Shown here piece after piece: positions 9,738-19,899 of a stretch of 62,716 bases of DNA. The stretch comes from an uncultured Haloferacaceae archaeon (GTDB taxonomy: Archaea > Halobacteriota > Halobacteria > Halobacteriales > Haloferacaceae). Every line of letters starts with the position of its first letter. The stretch's first letter is position 1. Below the pieces are notes generated by a model. The model searched no databases. It was not told where the DNA came from and was given only the letters and a program-made list of their open reading frames with translations. The stretch is taken from the NCBI GenBank assembly GCA_964581495.1, contig CAZOOU010000001.1, positions 1-62,716 of the forward strand, given 5' to 3'. Made by a program: the position numbers and the translations under genes.

Positions 9738-10673
9738 CTATTTGAGTTCGATGTCGAGACCAGTACCGTCGCTCACCGCGACGCTTGCGAGGCCGTTGCC
9801 AGCGGCGAAGGCGACACGTTCGGCACCGAGGCCCACCCGTTCGGCGAGGCTCCTCTTAGGCTCGAACGCATGGGTTTCGATATCGGTGTCGATCAGCTCA
9901 CTAATTCGGTCCTCGACATCGGTCTCGGTTCCCAGTTCGTCGACGAGTCCGATCTCAACCGCGTCGCTTCCAAGATAGATGCGCGCTTCCGTCTCGCGGA
10001 TGGCTTGTGGATCCATATTCCGGCCCTCGCTGACGGTCTTGATGAACTGCTCGTAGTAGCCGTCGACGATATTTTGGAGGTACTCTCGCTCGTCATCCTC
10101 GATTTCGCGCAGCGGAACGCCAGCGTCTTTGTATTCGCCAGCCGTGAACTGCTCATACGAGAGTCCGAGCTTGTCAGCTAATCCAGCCGCGTTAGGTCGT
10201 GACCCAACAACACCAATCGAGCCGACAAGGCTGGCGTCTCTGGCCCACAACTCGTCGCACCCACTTGCGATCCAATATCCACCAGATGCACACATGTCGG
10301 TCGCGTACGCAATCGTCGGCCCGTCGAAGTCAGCCGCTGCACGACGGATGTCGTCACTCGGAAGGACCTTTCCACCAGGTGTATTGAGTTCGACCAGGAG
10401 AGCTTCAACAGCCTCGTCGTCGTCAGCTGCTTCAATCTGCTCGACGACATCGTCGGCAATACATGCGTTTCGCCCCGAGAGTGGTGAGGGTCGACTACGA
10501 GTGCGCTGAATCGGTCCGGAGACGGTGACTTTCGCCACATTGTACTCACCGGGACCACCGAAGCGCCCACGGCTGAGTCGGCCGACGAGCTGCTTGCCAG
10601 CGAGCGTTGCAGCGGCCCCTGCGATCCCAGCAGCTACCAACGCAGGTTTACTGGAGTTGGAGTCCGTGTTCAT
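9738..10673 (-). CDS. sppA: signal peptide peptidase SppA (S49)
   Basis: LNTPGG, CASGGYWIAS (catalytic Ser), GSIGV, AGEYKD motifs. Confidence 0.92.
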   Translation of the reverse strand: MNTDSNSSKPALVAAGIAGAAATLAGKQLVGRLSRGRFGGPGEYNVAKVTVSGPIQRTRSRPSPLSGRNACIADDVVEQIEAADDDEAVEALLVELNTPGGKVLPSDDIRRAAADFDGPTIAYATDMCASGGYWIASGCDELWARDASLVGSIGVVGSRPNAAGLADKLGLSYEQFTAGEYKDAGVPLREIEDDEREYLQNIVDGYYEQFIKTVSEGRNMDPQAIRETEARIYLGSDAVEIGLVDELGTETDVEDRISELIDTDIETHAFEPKRSLAERVGLGAERVAFAAGNGLASVAVSDGTGLDIELK

Positions 10674-11001
10674 GTGTAATCTAACTTATTTACGTGAGTT
10701 TCCCACTTATACTACACGTCACGTTGACCACTGTGATTTCAGAGGTCTCACCAGTGATGATACCAATTCTTCGCCGGATTGAGACCAGTGACAGATACGA
10801 GACCCCGCTGTTGAGTGACTGTCTCGTTGGGTCGTGTCGTCTATCTTCGACTAGTCACGGCTTCGGATCATCTGTCGACCCAGTTTCATGATCGTGGTCG
10901 ACGATTCCATATTTCAGGTTCACACAACACAAAATACGTTGAGGATATCAAACCAGTTCGACTCCTCGAAGAATTTGTTAGCTGGCCGTAGACGGCAAAC
11001 G

Positions 11002-11217
11002 TCAGAGCCACTCGCCAATATTAAAAACGAAGTCCGCAGTGTTAGTTCGAAGCCACGCCTCGGTAGAGTCGGGTGACCTCTCGGGCGTAAATTCTACAAC
11101 TCCGTTTTGCGTATCGAATACTGAGTGGAGATCATTGTCTTCGTATCCAAGATCACTGGCAGTAGGAGTTTCTGCTAATCCCTCGAGTTCCGATTCTAGG
11201 AATTCGTTGCTGACCAT
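11002..11217 (-). CDS. small acidic hypothetical protein (DLGY motif)
   Basis: acidic ORF of about 71 aa from MVSNEF; shares a motif pattern with 45857..46072. Confidence 0.6.
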   Translation of the reverse strand: MVSNEFLESELEGLAETPTASDLGYEDNDLHSVFDTQNGVVEFTPERSPDSTEAWLRTNTADFVFNIGEWL

Positions 11218-11492
11218 ACATCCGAGATTCACTGTAATTGGTTTCAGTATACGTCGACTACTGTCAGTAAAGAGTGGCTACGATGACCAACTGCCCGGTA
11301 CCCTCGGACTACTCTCATCTCCATCTTGAGACGAGGATTTCTCCTCGAATTTCATGCAATCAAACCAGCGACACGCTCACCGATGGGTGTGTTATGTATC
11401 GCTGCTCCCAGCGTCGGTGTTCACGTCGTGGCCAGTATTAGTTTCCGGCCATGCCATGACAACTAACACCAGACAGCCCTTGCTGTTTACTA

Positions 11493-12818
11493 ATGACTGT
11501 ATCCGCCGTCTACCCCTACGCGTTATTACAGCCCACCCCGACGACAGCAGTCGGCATTTCTTGGATCGATGCGACAGGCGATGGTGGTGAGACACAGACT
11601 GTTCGCTATGGGCTGCTCGACCACGAACTCACAGATCACGAGAGCGACGCTGGCCGTCGACTCGCCAGTACGGACGATGTTTATATCTACCACACACAGC
11701 TGACTGGACTCGAACCGGCCAGTCGCTACGCGGTCGAGATCGAATCCTCCGAGACCCTCGCCCACGAGTTCGAAACGCTGCCAGCCGAGCAACCCGACTC
11801 GGTTCGGATCGGCGTCACCTCGGATCACCACCCGTGGCGCGAGGGAATCGGGATGGCAACCGTCGGTCGCGGACCAGCGGTGATGGAAATGTTCGGTGAG
11901 TTGGAGTTCGATTTGATCATTTCGCCGGGCGACTGGCTCACAAACGCTTTCGACGGCACCCCGAGCGACGCCGACGACTGGCTCAGATGGTGGGCCGACT
12001 ATGGTCGACCGATGGACCACTCAAAGCTCCATCCACGGTTTGTGGTTCCCGGCAACCACGAGATCGCCAAACACATCCCGCACACCTGGAACGGACGCAA
12101 AGCCGACTGGGACGGCGAGCTGCTGGCCCCAGATGCCGGCCACTTCCAGCAGTTCTATCCCAACCTCCGGGAGCTGGAGCCGGTGGGCGAAAACTACGGT
12201 TCGATCACCATCGGTGACTATCTCCAGCTCATCGCGCTGGACTCCTACTCGGCGTTTCCGGCCGACCAGACTGAGTGGCTCGCCGAGACCATCGACGACA
12301 CCGTCGACCACTGCATTCCTGTCCACCACACCCCACTGTTGCCGGGCGCAAGCCGAGGTGGCGACGAACTGAATCAGACCGTCCGCGAGGCGTGGGCGCG
12401 ACCGCTTTACGATGCCGAAACCACCAGTTTCAGCATCGTTGGTGACAACCACTGCCGGAAATACACGTCTCCGTGGTGCGTTGTCGAGACCGAACCCGAA
12501 CACGACTCGTGGCTCGACCTCGGGGGTGATGGCTATCTCGTCGTCGACGAGACCGATGCCGATCCGCGCCGAATGTACGAGTACGGCGACGGCTGGCCGA
12601 ATGCGCGCACCGACGACCCGACCGACGGAAACGGAAGGACGGTGACGTGGTATCTCGAATACAACGAACTCAAAAACGTCGACGAAACGCAGTTTCATAC
12701 CGTCGAAATATCGAATACCGACGAGAACGAGATGGTTCTGGTTCGAGAATGGGACCAGTGGGGCGAGGAACTCCAGTCTCACACAGTGCGCGGATCTTCA
12801 CCAGATCAGTCATCGTGA
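11493..12818 (+). CDS. metallophosphoesterase with N-terminal FN3 (purple acid phosphatase-like) domain
   Basis: HTQLTGLEPASRY FN3 motif; SDHH, PGDW, GNHE, HHTP calcineurin-like motifs. Confidence 0.85.
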   Translation: MTVSAVYPYALLQPTPTTAVGISWIDATGDGGETQTVRYGLLDHELTDHESDAGRRLASTDDVYIYHTQLTGLEPASRYAVEIESSETLAHEFETLPAEQPDSVRIGVTSDHHPWREGIGMATVGRGPAVMEMFGELEFDLIISPGDWLTNAFDGTPSDADDWLRWWADYGRPMDHSKLHPRFVVPGNHEIAKHIPHTWNGRKADWDGELLAPDAGHFQQFYPNLRELEPVGENYGSITIGDYLQLIALDSYSAFPADQTEWLAETIDDTVDHCIPVHHTPLLPGASRGGDELNQTVREAWARPLYDAETTSFSIVGDNHCRKYTSPWCVVETEPEHDSWLDLGGDGYLVVDETDADPRRMYEYGDGWPNARTDDPTDGNGRTVTWYLEYNELKNVDETQFHTVEISNTDENEMVLVREWDQWGEELQSHTVRGSSPDQSS

Positions 12819-12851
12819 TGCCGTCACGTCCCGAACTGATCGCCGGCGTTG

Positions 12852-13823
12852 TTAGTTACTGCGTGTTTCGATCCACTGTCGACGCCCGGTTGTTTTGACA
12901 ACGAGCCGCCCGACCAGCCGCCGAACCGGCGGGACCAGTGATTCGTAGCCCAAGATTGCGAAGCCAACCACGACAACCCCGAAGCCGGTGATCGTCGTCG
13001 CCGACAGCGATTCGCCGAGCAACAGCCAGCCGCCGAGGGTGGCGAATATCGGGCTGACGTAGAACACCAGACTCGACTGTGTCGCGCCCAGTTCGTCGAG
13101 GAGGCTGAAGTACATGATGTAGGCGATTGCGCCGGCGAAGACGCTGAGGTATCCCAGCGCGACCAGCGCGCCGACCGTCCACTCCACGGTGGCCGTCGAC
13201 TCGCCGACACCAATGCTGAGTGCGTGACACACCAGCCCACTCACCGGCAGGGCCCAGGCCGTCCGGACCGTACTCGACAGCGACGCCTCGGAGCGGCGGA
13301 TCAACACCGTTCCGAGCGCGAGACTTACCGCGCCCGCGAGCACGATCAGCGCGCCGCCGTCGAACAGCTGCAACACCGTCGCGGGCGTGATCTCGATCAC
13401 CATGCCGACGCCGACCAACCCCAGCAGCGTACCGACGATACCGGCCGTCGAGAGCTGCTCGTCGCTCAACAGCAAACTGGCAAACAGCGGGGCGAAGATG
13501 GGCACCAGCGCGAACAGAATCGCGCCCACGCCACTACTGACCGACCCCTGGCCGACGAACAACAGCCCGTTTGCAAGCCCGATGGCGAACACCCCTGCGG
13601 CCAGGATGGCGTAAATGTCGCCGCGGGTTTTCGGCAGCCACTCGTCGCGCTCGCGGGTGACAAGGACGTAGCCCACCAGCAGGGCAGCCGCGATATCGAA
13701 CCGGAGGGCAACGAGCAACAGCGGCGGGATGTACGCCTGGCCGGCTTTCGCCGCGACGAACGTCCCACCGAAAAAGACGCTGACGAGCACGAACAGCCCA
13801 AGCGTGCGCCGAAGCTGGCTCAT
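12852..13823 (-). CDS. EamA/DMT family transporter
   Basis: about 10 TM; FFGGTFVAAKAG, LRFDIA, LLLGE repeats; start placed at MSQLRR. Confidence 0.92.
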   Translation of the reverse strand: MSQLRRTLGLFVLVSVFFGGTFVAAKAGQAYIPPLLLVALRFDIAAALLVGYVLVTRERDEWLPKTRGDIYAILAAGVFAIGLANGLLFVGQGSVSSGVGAILFALVPIFAPLFASLLLSDEQLSTAGIVGTLLGLVGVGMVIEITPATVLQLFDGGALIVLAGAVSLALGTVLIRRSEASLSSTVRTAWALPVSGLVCHALSIGVGESTATVEWTVGALVALGYLSVFAGAIAYIMYFSLLDELGATQSSLVFYVSPIFATLGGWLLLGESLSATTITGFGVVVVGFAILGYESLVPPVRRLVGRLVVKTTGRRQWIETRSN

Positions 13824-13888
13824 TGGTGAGCCTCCAGTGGGCATAGCTCGAATCCCGAGCCACTCGTTGGTCGCCAGTGTTCTGTCAT
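13820..13888 (-). CDS. putative 22-aa leaderless ORF (MTEHWRPTSGSGFELCPLEAHQ) coupled to the DMT gene
   Basis: ATG 26 nt after TTTATA (13919-13914); TGA overlaps ATG13823; GGAGG just before the overlap. Confidence 0.5.
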   Translation of the reverse strand: MTEHWRPTSGSGFELCPLEAHQ

Positions 13889-13986
13889 CAACTGAACGAA
13901 GGGGTCGCAGCGGTATAAATTAATTCAGAAAGAATTTCAAAGTAAGAAAGTAGATCGCGCGCTGACTGTTCCTCATCTCGCTGAAC

Positions 13987-14005
13987 GATTTCATGCTGTG
14001 AAATC
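13987..14005. promoter_or_regulatory. palindromic operator candidate GATTTCA-N5-TGAAATC
   Basis: perfect 7-bp inverted repeat between the divergent DMT and regulator genes. Confidence 0.5.
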
Positions 14006-14045
14006 ACGACGAAAGGGACTTCCGGCGGCCGGCCGAATACGAGGT

Positions 14046-14843
14046 ATGGATCGGGTGTTGAACGATATCGAATTTCTGGCTCGCTCTGCGAACCGCGTCG
14101 ACGTGTTGCGGCTGGTTGCCGACCGCACGTACACCCGGGGCGAACTCGCCAACGCGACCGACGCCTCGCAGCCAACGCTCGGCCGAATTCTGCGCGATTT
14201 CGAGGAGCGGCGATGGATCAGACACCACTCAAAAGGGTACAGCGCGACCGCGACCGGTCGACTCGTTGCGGAGGGACTCGATGAACTGTTTGGCAGTCTC
14301 GAAACCGAACACAAGCTCCGCGAGCTTGTCGAGTGGCTGCCGACCGAGACGCTCGCGTTCGATCTCCGACGACTCCAGGACGCCACGGTCACCGTCCCGA
14401 CCCAGACCCGACCTGGCGCGCCGGTCAGTCGGGTGATCGATCTCATCGAGGGTGCCGACAGCGTCTTCGTGCTCTCGCATGCGTTCAACGACCGCACGCT
14501 GGAGGCCGTCGCCGACTGGGTCGAGGCCGGTGGCCAGTTCGAAGGCGTGTTTTCGGTCGATGCGATCACCCCTGTCACCGACGACGACGCGCTTGCCCGC
14601 CAACTCCGCCGGCTGGCAGACCACGAGCATGCCTCGCTCTTTGTATACGACGGAGCGGTCCCACTGGCAGTCACACTCACCGACGACGTGGTGAGTCTCT
14701 TACTTCGGGACAAAGCAGGCCGACTCCAGGCTGCCCTCGACACAGATGATCCAGTGGTCCATGAGTGGGCCGAGTCGGTGTACGTCGAGTACCGCGAGGA
14801 GAGCCGTCTACTCGACGGCGAACAGCTAGACGGCGACGAATAA
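14046..14843 (+). CDS. winged-helix transcriptional regulator (haloarchaeal HTH plus DUF1724-like sensor)
   Basis: IEFLARSANRVDVL...ASQPTLGRIL HTH; C-terminal TDDPVVHEWA typical of this family. Confidence 0.85.
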   Translation: MDRVLNDIEFLARSANRVDVLRLVADRTYTRGELANATDASQPTLGRILRDFEERRWIRHHSKGYSATATGRLVAEGLDELFGSLETEHKLRELVEWLPTETLAFDLRRLQDATVTVPTQTRPGAPVSRVIDLIEGADSVFVLSHAFNDRTLEAVADWVEAGGQFEGVFSVDAITPVTDDDALARQLRRLADHEHASLFVYDGAVPLAVTLTDDVVSLLLRDKAGRLQAALDTDDPVVHEWAESVYVEYREESRLLDGEQLDGDE

Positions 14844-14872
14844 GCACTCTGTATCCGAACGGTACTGTGTGG

Positions 14873-17326
14873 CTATCGTGTCGGAACCCCACCCGTCAGC
14901 CGCTCCCAGACAATAATCACCGACGGCGTCACGATCAACGAAGCGAGATACGCATACCCTACGCCGAGCGCGATCAGGATTCCGAACTCTTGGATCAGCG
15001 GGATCAACGCGACCGCCAACACCCCGATTCCTGCGACGGTCGTGATCATGCTTCCTGTGAGCGCACCACCTGTCCCGGCAACCGTGGCGGCCAGCGCGTC
15101 GAACGACTCGCGCGTCTCATACTCGTCGACGAATCGATGGACGAAATGCACCGTATAGTCGACTCCTAACCCAATCGAGACCGACAAAATCGGGGCGTTA
15201 ATCGGTGTTAAGGGGATTCCTAACAGTCGCATCGACGCCAACAACAGCCCGACAGTCACCAGTATAGGCACGAGATTAATGAGTCCATAACTCGCTCGTC
15301 CCTCCAGTAGGCGGTAACTACCAAGCAACACGACCGTCGTAAAGAGGAAGGCAACAATCAAACTTCGGAGCGCCGAATCCAGGGTTGCGTTGATTACCTC
15401 CTGTTGAACGACCCGATCACCGGTCGCTATTGCCTCGAGGGGCGTTCGCTCGGCGACACGCTGGGCATCTTGCACAACGTCCGGCGTTTGGGCGTCGGGG
15501 TCGACCGCGATGTCGACGCGCGCGCTCTCGCGGTTCGCCGAGAGATATCGGTCAGTCCCGGCAGCTTCGGCGGCCTCAAGCTCGTCGTAGATGATCTCGA
15601 TATCTCGATCAGGAACTCCTGTTCCGAGTCGGTCGTGGCGGTCGACCAGTCGATCGAACTCCTCGTCGGCTGCCCGCTGGCGGTCGATCACTGTCAGAAT
15701 GCTTTCGGTGTCGGCTTGCCCCGGTGCGGACTGTTCGAAGCTATCGGGCGGGTTCCGACCGAGACGGTCGATCCGTTCCAAAGAGTTGTCGGCGCGGACT
15801 GGCTGGTCGATATATATTGTCACCCCGCCGCCGACTGACTCGCCGAACTCGTCTTCGAGGATGTCGATCGTATCCAGGAAGGTGTAGCTCGTTGGCGCGA
15901 ACGGCTCTGGGAGCTGTTCGTACCGTTCGATCCACTCTTCGTCAGGAAAGAACGCCTCTTCGGAGAACTCGGTGTCGACACCCGAGCCGTAGGCACCGGC
16001 TACTCCCGCGGAGACGATCATTAACAGAACGAACGCCACGGGAGCCAACCGAGCGATCGACACTCCGCCACCGAGTCCCCTGGCGAACCGTGAGTGTTCG
16101 GTTAGTATGGGGTCACTACCGAACGCTGGAATCGGGAGCCGACCACGCAGGCGGTCGACGGTCACCTTGGCGGCAGGCAGATAGATCGCGAAGATGAGAA
16201 ACGTAAACATCATCCCGACCGCCGCAACGGTGCCGAAATCACGAATCGAGCCGAGTTGGCTGGTGAGGTTGGCCGCGAAGCTACAAACAGTGGTGATCGT
16301 CACGATCAAAAACGCCGTTCCGAGCTGATTCATCGATTCGGCCATCGCGTCGTCGACGCTCGCCTTGTCGAGTCTGGCCTCCCGGTAGCGGTTGATCGAG
16401 TGGATACCGAAATCGATGCCGACAGCCAACAACAGCGGAAACACCGACACGATGGCATCCGAGAAGGGAATTCCCGCATATCCCATAAAGCCGAACGTCC
16501 AGACCATCGTCAACAAGAGTGCCGACAGACCCAAAGTGAGATCAATCGGATCACGGTAGGCCACGAGTAAAAACAGCAAAATCAAGCCGAGTGCGGCCGG
16601 AAAGACGACCATCGCGGTGTCCGACAGCAGCGCGGTAATCTCGTTTTGGAGGATTCCCTCGCCGAACAGAAAGGTGTTTTCGCCGACCGTGTTGCCCGGG
16701 ACACCGTCGACAACCGCAGCACTCTCGATCTGGAGCGTTTCGAGCCGACTCGTCTGGACCGACTGGGGAACGTCGTACTCGACGACGACCAGCGCAGTTG
16801 AGGCAGACTGTGACGTTGGATTGTAGTCTTCGGAAAGCTGGCCATCGAACCCGTCGCCGGACTCCTCGACGGCGAGTATCGCGTCGGCCAACTCGCGGTC
16901 AGTGGCCTCCTCGATGGCGCGCTGTCGGTCGGCGGGGGTTTCGGCGGTCGGCTCGAGTTGTGTTGCGATCCGGTCGGCGTGGCTCTCGGTGTCGCTGATT
17001 CGGAGGCTGCCGTCGTCTTCGAGCCGGTGTTGAGTTTCGAGCAGGCGGACGAGTGCGGGCCGCGAAACGACATTGTCGGCCTGGACGAACAGTTGAGCAG
17101 TCGTCTCGTCGTCACCGACTGCCCCCTCGAACTCCTCGTCGATCTCCTCCATGGCTTCCATGGCCGGCACCTCTTCGGTGAACTGGTCGGTGCCGGCCTC
17201 CTGGTCGACCAGCGGGATCCCGCCCGCGAACACGATCGTTAGGAGGCCAACAACTATGAGGATAGACACTGCGTTGTCGAGGGTCACCGCCGAGAGCCGC
17301 TCGACGCTCCGGTCTGGGTCCCACAT
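14873..17326 (-). CDS. RND/MMPL family transporter
   Basis: two repeats with AVGIDFGIH and GLGVDYTVH motifs, about 12 TM; start MWDPDR. Confidence 0.92.
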   Translation of the reverse strand: MWDPDRSVERLSAVTLDNAVSILIVVGLLTIVFAGGIPLVDQEAGTDQFTEEVPAMEAMEEIDEEFEGAVGDDETTAQLFVQADNVVSRPALVRLLETQHRLEDDGSLRISDTESHADRIATQLEPTAETPADRQRAIEEATDRELADAILAVEESGDGFDGQLSEDYNPTSQSASTALVVVEYDVPQSVQTSRLETLQIESAAVVDGVPGNTVGENTFLFGEGILQNEITALLSDTAMVVFPAALGLILLFLLVAYRDPIDLTLGLSALLLTMVWTFGFMGYAGIPFSDAIVSVFPLLLAVGIDFGIHSINRYREARLDKASVDDAMAESMNQLGTAFLIVTITTVCSFAANLTSQLGSIRDFGTVAAVGMMFTFLIFAIYLPAAKVTVDRLRGRLPIPAFGSDPILTEHSRFARGLGGGVSIARLAPVAFVLLMIVSAGVAGAYGSGVDTEFSEEAFFPDEEWIERYEQLPEPFAPTSYTFLDTIDILEDEFGESVGGGVTIYIDQPVRADNSLERIDRLGRNPPDSFEQSAPGQADTESILTVIDRQRAADEEFDRLVDRHDRLGTGVPDRDIEIIYDELEAAEAAGTDRYLSANRESARVDIAVDPDAQTPDVVQDAQRVAERTPLEAIATGDRVVQQEVINATLDSALRSLIVAFLFTTVVLLGSYRLLEGRASYGLINLVPILVTVGLLLASMRLLGIPLTPINAPILSVSIGLGVDYTVHFVHRFVDEYETRESFDALAATVAGTGGALTGSMITTVAGIGVLAVALIPLIQEFGILIALGVGYAYLASLIVTPSVIIVWERLTGGVPTR

Positions 17327-17327
17327 C

Positions 17328-19139
17328 TCACTGTCGCCAGCGGATCGCCGCAGTGGCCCCGACAATGAGTGCTGTGAGTCCGCCCAGCGAGACGAGCGAC
17401 GGTATCCAGCCGTCATCCGGCGGTGGCTCGGCGGCTGTGATCGGTACCTGATACAGCTGTGAGATCCGGTCGTCATCGGTCTCGTCGTCGTACCGGATGT
17501 CGACATCGATCGGATAGGCCCGCTGGCTGGCACCTTCCGCTACGGAGACCTCGACGCTCACCGCCTGGCTTTCGCCCGCGTCGAGTTCACGGATAAACGC
17601 CTCGTCTTCGTCGACGCTGAGGGGTCCATCAGGGTACAAAAAGACGTTGAGGTTCGAGACCGTCTCGGCCCGGTTGTTCGTCACGGTCAGCTCGACAGTC
17701 TCGGTCGTACCTGCCGGGATTTCGGGCTCGTCGGCAGTGATGGTAAACGCCGGCTGGTCGGCCGCGACGTCGACGCGCTCGACGAACGGATCGCTTTCGA
17801 GGCGGTCGCCATCGACTCCGTACTCGACGGTAAACGTCAGCTGGCGAGGACCCGGATCAGCCTGGCCGCTCACCTCGGCATCGAAGCTGATTTCGGCCGA
17901 CTCGTCGGCGTCGAGATCATCGACCGCGACGCGTGACTCGCCGATGTCGATCCGCTCGGAGGCGGGTTCGGCACGGACTACCGGTGTTTCGACTGCTTCG
18001 GGACCGGTGTTTTCGAGCGTGGCTGTGATCGTTCCGCGCTCGCCGACTTCGAGGCTGCTGTCGACTACCTCCATTTCGAACTCTTGGCCGGCGGTCGGTT
18101 CGACGGCAGTCGCCAGCGTGGTCGACTCGCGGAGGATGCCGTCTTCGTCCTCGTAGATAACCTGGAGTTCGAGTAGATAGCTCTCGACGCTCACCTCACG
18201 GTCGATGCGCGTATCGAACGCCACGGTACTGCTGTCACCGCTGTCGAGGTCACCGACAAACGCTGCCGAACTCGCTGTTCGCTGCGTTGTTGGGTCGGCC
18301 GCACTGTCGTCGCCGTCCATCTCGTCTGCCGGCGGCTGGCTGCTGTCTCCGGAGTCGGGCTGGTCGGGGCCAGTAGCTGCCCCACCGTTTGCCGCCCCGA
18401 CGGTCACCCCACCAGTCGGCGACTGGGCGGTGACGCGGACAGCCTCGGCGTCGTCGCTGCCGACGTTTTCGAGGTCGACCTCGACAGTGCCATCGGTGCC
18501 GATCTGTGCGGTGGTCTCGGCGTCGTCGATCTCGAACTGTGGTCGAGCCCCGACTTCGATGTCGACGCTGAAGCTGTCGGTGTCACTCTGATCGACTGCG
18601 TCGCCGTCGTCGTAGCCAGTGTATCTGTAGCTGACGTCGATGTCCAACTCGCCGCTGTCGCCGTCGGCAGAGGTGGGTGCAGTGACCGACACTGGGACGG
18701 TGGCAACCTCGCCCGGTGGGATCGAACCGACGGTGGTCTCACCGGCGTCGACGCTCACCGGCGCGTCTTCGTCGTCGACGGTCACGCTCACCCCGCGCGC
18801 CGTCGCAGTTTCCTCGTCAAGCCGTGTTCCGTCTTCGATCTCACCGGTGTTGAGGATTGCAATCTCGACCGTTGTCTCCGTGCCGGGCTCGACGACAGGC
18901 TCGGCCACAAACACCGAAAGCTCCGGTTCCGATACGGTGTCATCGGGAGCTTCGAACGGATCGTTCAGCAGTGGCGTCGGCTCTTGGAGAGCCGCGGCCG
19001 GCTCGTCGGCCGACACGACTGATTCGGCTGGCTGCGTGGCGTCAGCGTCAGCAGCGGCAATCCCACCAACTGCGACAGCCATCCCACAGGCCACGAAAAC
19101 ACCGACCAGTAGCATCCCCCGGCGCGTCGACCTGCTCAT
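17328..19139 (-). CDS. COG1361-type S-layer-domain/Ig-repeat surface protein
   Basis: signal peptide, repeated NxG...V..L..GES Ig-like units, C-terminal TM; operonic with the RND gene. Confidence 0.85.
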   Translation of the reverse strand: MSRSTRRGMLLVGVFVACGMAVAVGGIAAADADATQPAESVVSADEPAAALQEPTPLLNDPFEAPDDTVSEPELSVFVAEPVVEPGTETTVEIAILNTGEIEDGTRLDEETATARGVSVTVDDEDAPVSVDAGETTVGSIPPGEVATVPVSVTAPTSADGDSGELDIDVSYRYTGYDDGDAVDQSDTDSFSVDIEVGARPQFEIDDAETTAQIGTDGTVEVDLENVGSDDAEAVRVTAQSPTGGVTVGAANGGAATGPDQPDSGDSSQPPADEMDGDDSAADPTTQRTASSAAFVGDLDSGDSSTVAFDTRIDREVSVESYLLELQVIYEDEDGILRESTTLATAVEPTAGQEFEMEVVDSSLEVGERGTITATLENTGPEAVETPVVRAEPASERIDIGESRVAVDDLDADESAEISFDAEVSGQADPGPRQLTFTVEYGVDGDRLESDPFVERVDVAADQPAFTITADEPEIPAGTTETVELTVTNNRAETVSNLNVFLYPDGPLSVDEDEAFIRELDAGESQAVSVEVSVAEGASQRAYPIDVDIRYDDETDDDRISQLYQVPITAAEPPPDDGWIPSLVSLGGLTALIVGATAAIRWRQ

Positions 19140-19213
19140 CTGTCGGGTCTCCGCTGGCTGCAGCGTCGCAGTCGACTCAAACGCTGGCGTTCCACACGAG
19201 ATGTCGCGTCCAT
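19136..19213 (-). CDS. putative 25-aa Arg-rich leader ORF (MDATSRVERQRLSRLRRCSQRRPDR)
   Basis: ATG about 25 nt after CTTATG; TGA overlaps ATG19139. Confidence 0.42.
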   Translation of the reverse strand: MDATSRVERQRLSRLRRCSQRRPDR

Positions 19214-19594
19214 ATCAGATAGCTACTCAACCATACCATAAGTGATTTATTCACAACAAATTAAATGCGTATGAACTCCTGTTTATCCGTCTCGTTCGAC
19301 AGCTATCGCGCTCGGAATAGCCTATTTTGTGTCGATAAATCCGATTGTCAGCTAGCTGTCTGGTTTGGTGGCTGTTCAGTGAGTACGTTTGCATTGCGGC
19401 AGTGTGTTGAGAATCGTTTCGATCGTTGCAATCGCCAGCAGGCGGCCTGATGGATCGTTCAGCATAGCTTACTTACGGACTCCTTAACTCGATCAAATTG
19501 GCACTCAGTGCGTCGGCCGGTAAATTCCTCCATATCGTTTTCAGCAGTAACTAACAATGACGGTGTAGGGTGACCGTCCATATGGATGACCCGA

Positions 19595-19876
19595 ATGTTT
19601 GAACTGACCGGCTTCCAGCGAGACCTGTTGTATGTCATTGCAGGCCTCGGTCGCCCATCCGGTCAAATGGTCCGCCGCGAAATCGAAAAGCACGTCGACA
19701 ATGTCAACCACGGCCGACTCTACCCCAACCTCGATACGCTCGTTGAGTATGGCCTCGTCGAAAAAGGCCGCCATGACCAGCGGACGAACTACTACGAACT
19801 CGCTCCCGAAGGCCGCGAGTTGATCGAGCAGCGTCAACAGTGGGAAGACGAGTACGTCGCTACCCCTGCGGAGTAG
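19595..19876 (+). CDS. PadR family transcriptional regulator
   Basis: LTGFQRDLLYVI...NHGRLYPNLDTLV...DQRTNYY, the typical haloarchaeal PadR. Confidence 0.9.
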   Translation: MFELTGFQRDLLYVIAGLGRPSGQMVRREIEKHVDNVNHGRLYPNLDTLVEYGLVEKGRHDQRTNYYELAPEGRELIEQRQQWEDEYVATPAE

Positions 19877-19899
19877 CTGTCGTCCGGCGTCGGTCTTTT

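Noticed and set aside
9190-9978. 262-aa ORF as an intact gene
   Set aside because: Only about 45 aa resemble a GMC oxidoreductase; the rest is unrecognisable and overlaps sppA antisense.
10974-10981. TTTGTTAG variant of the locus motif
   Set aside because: Outside the locus with no start codon at the expected distance; likely chance in an AT-rich patch.
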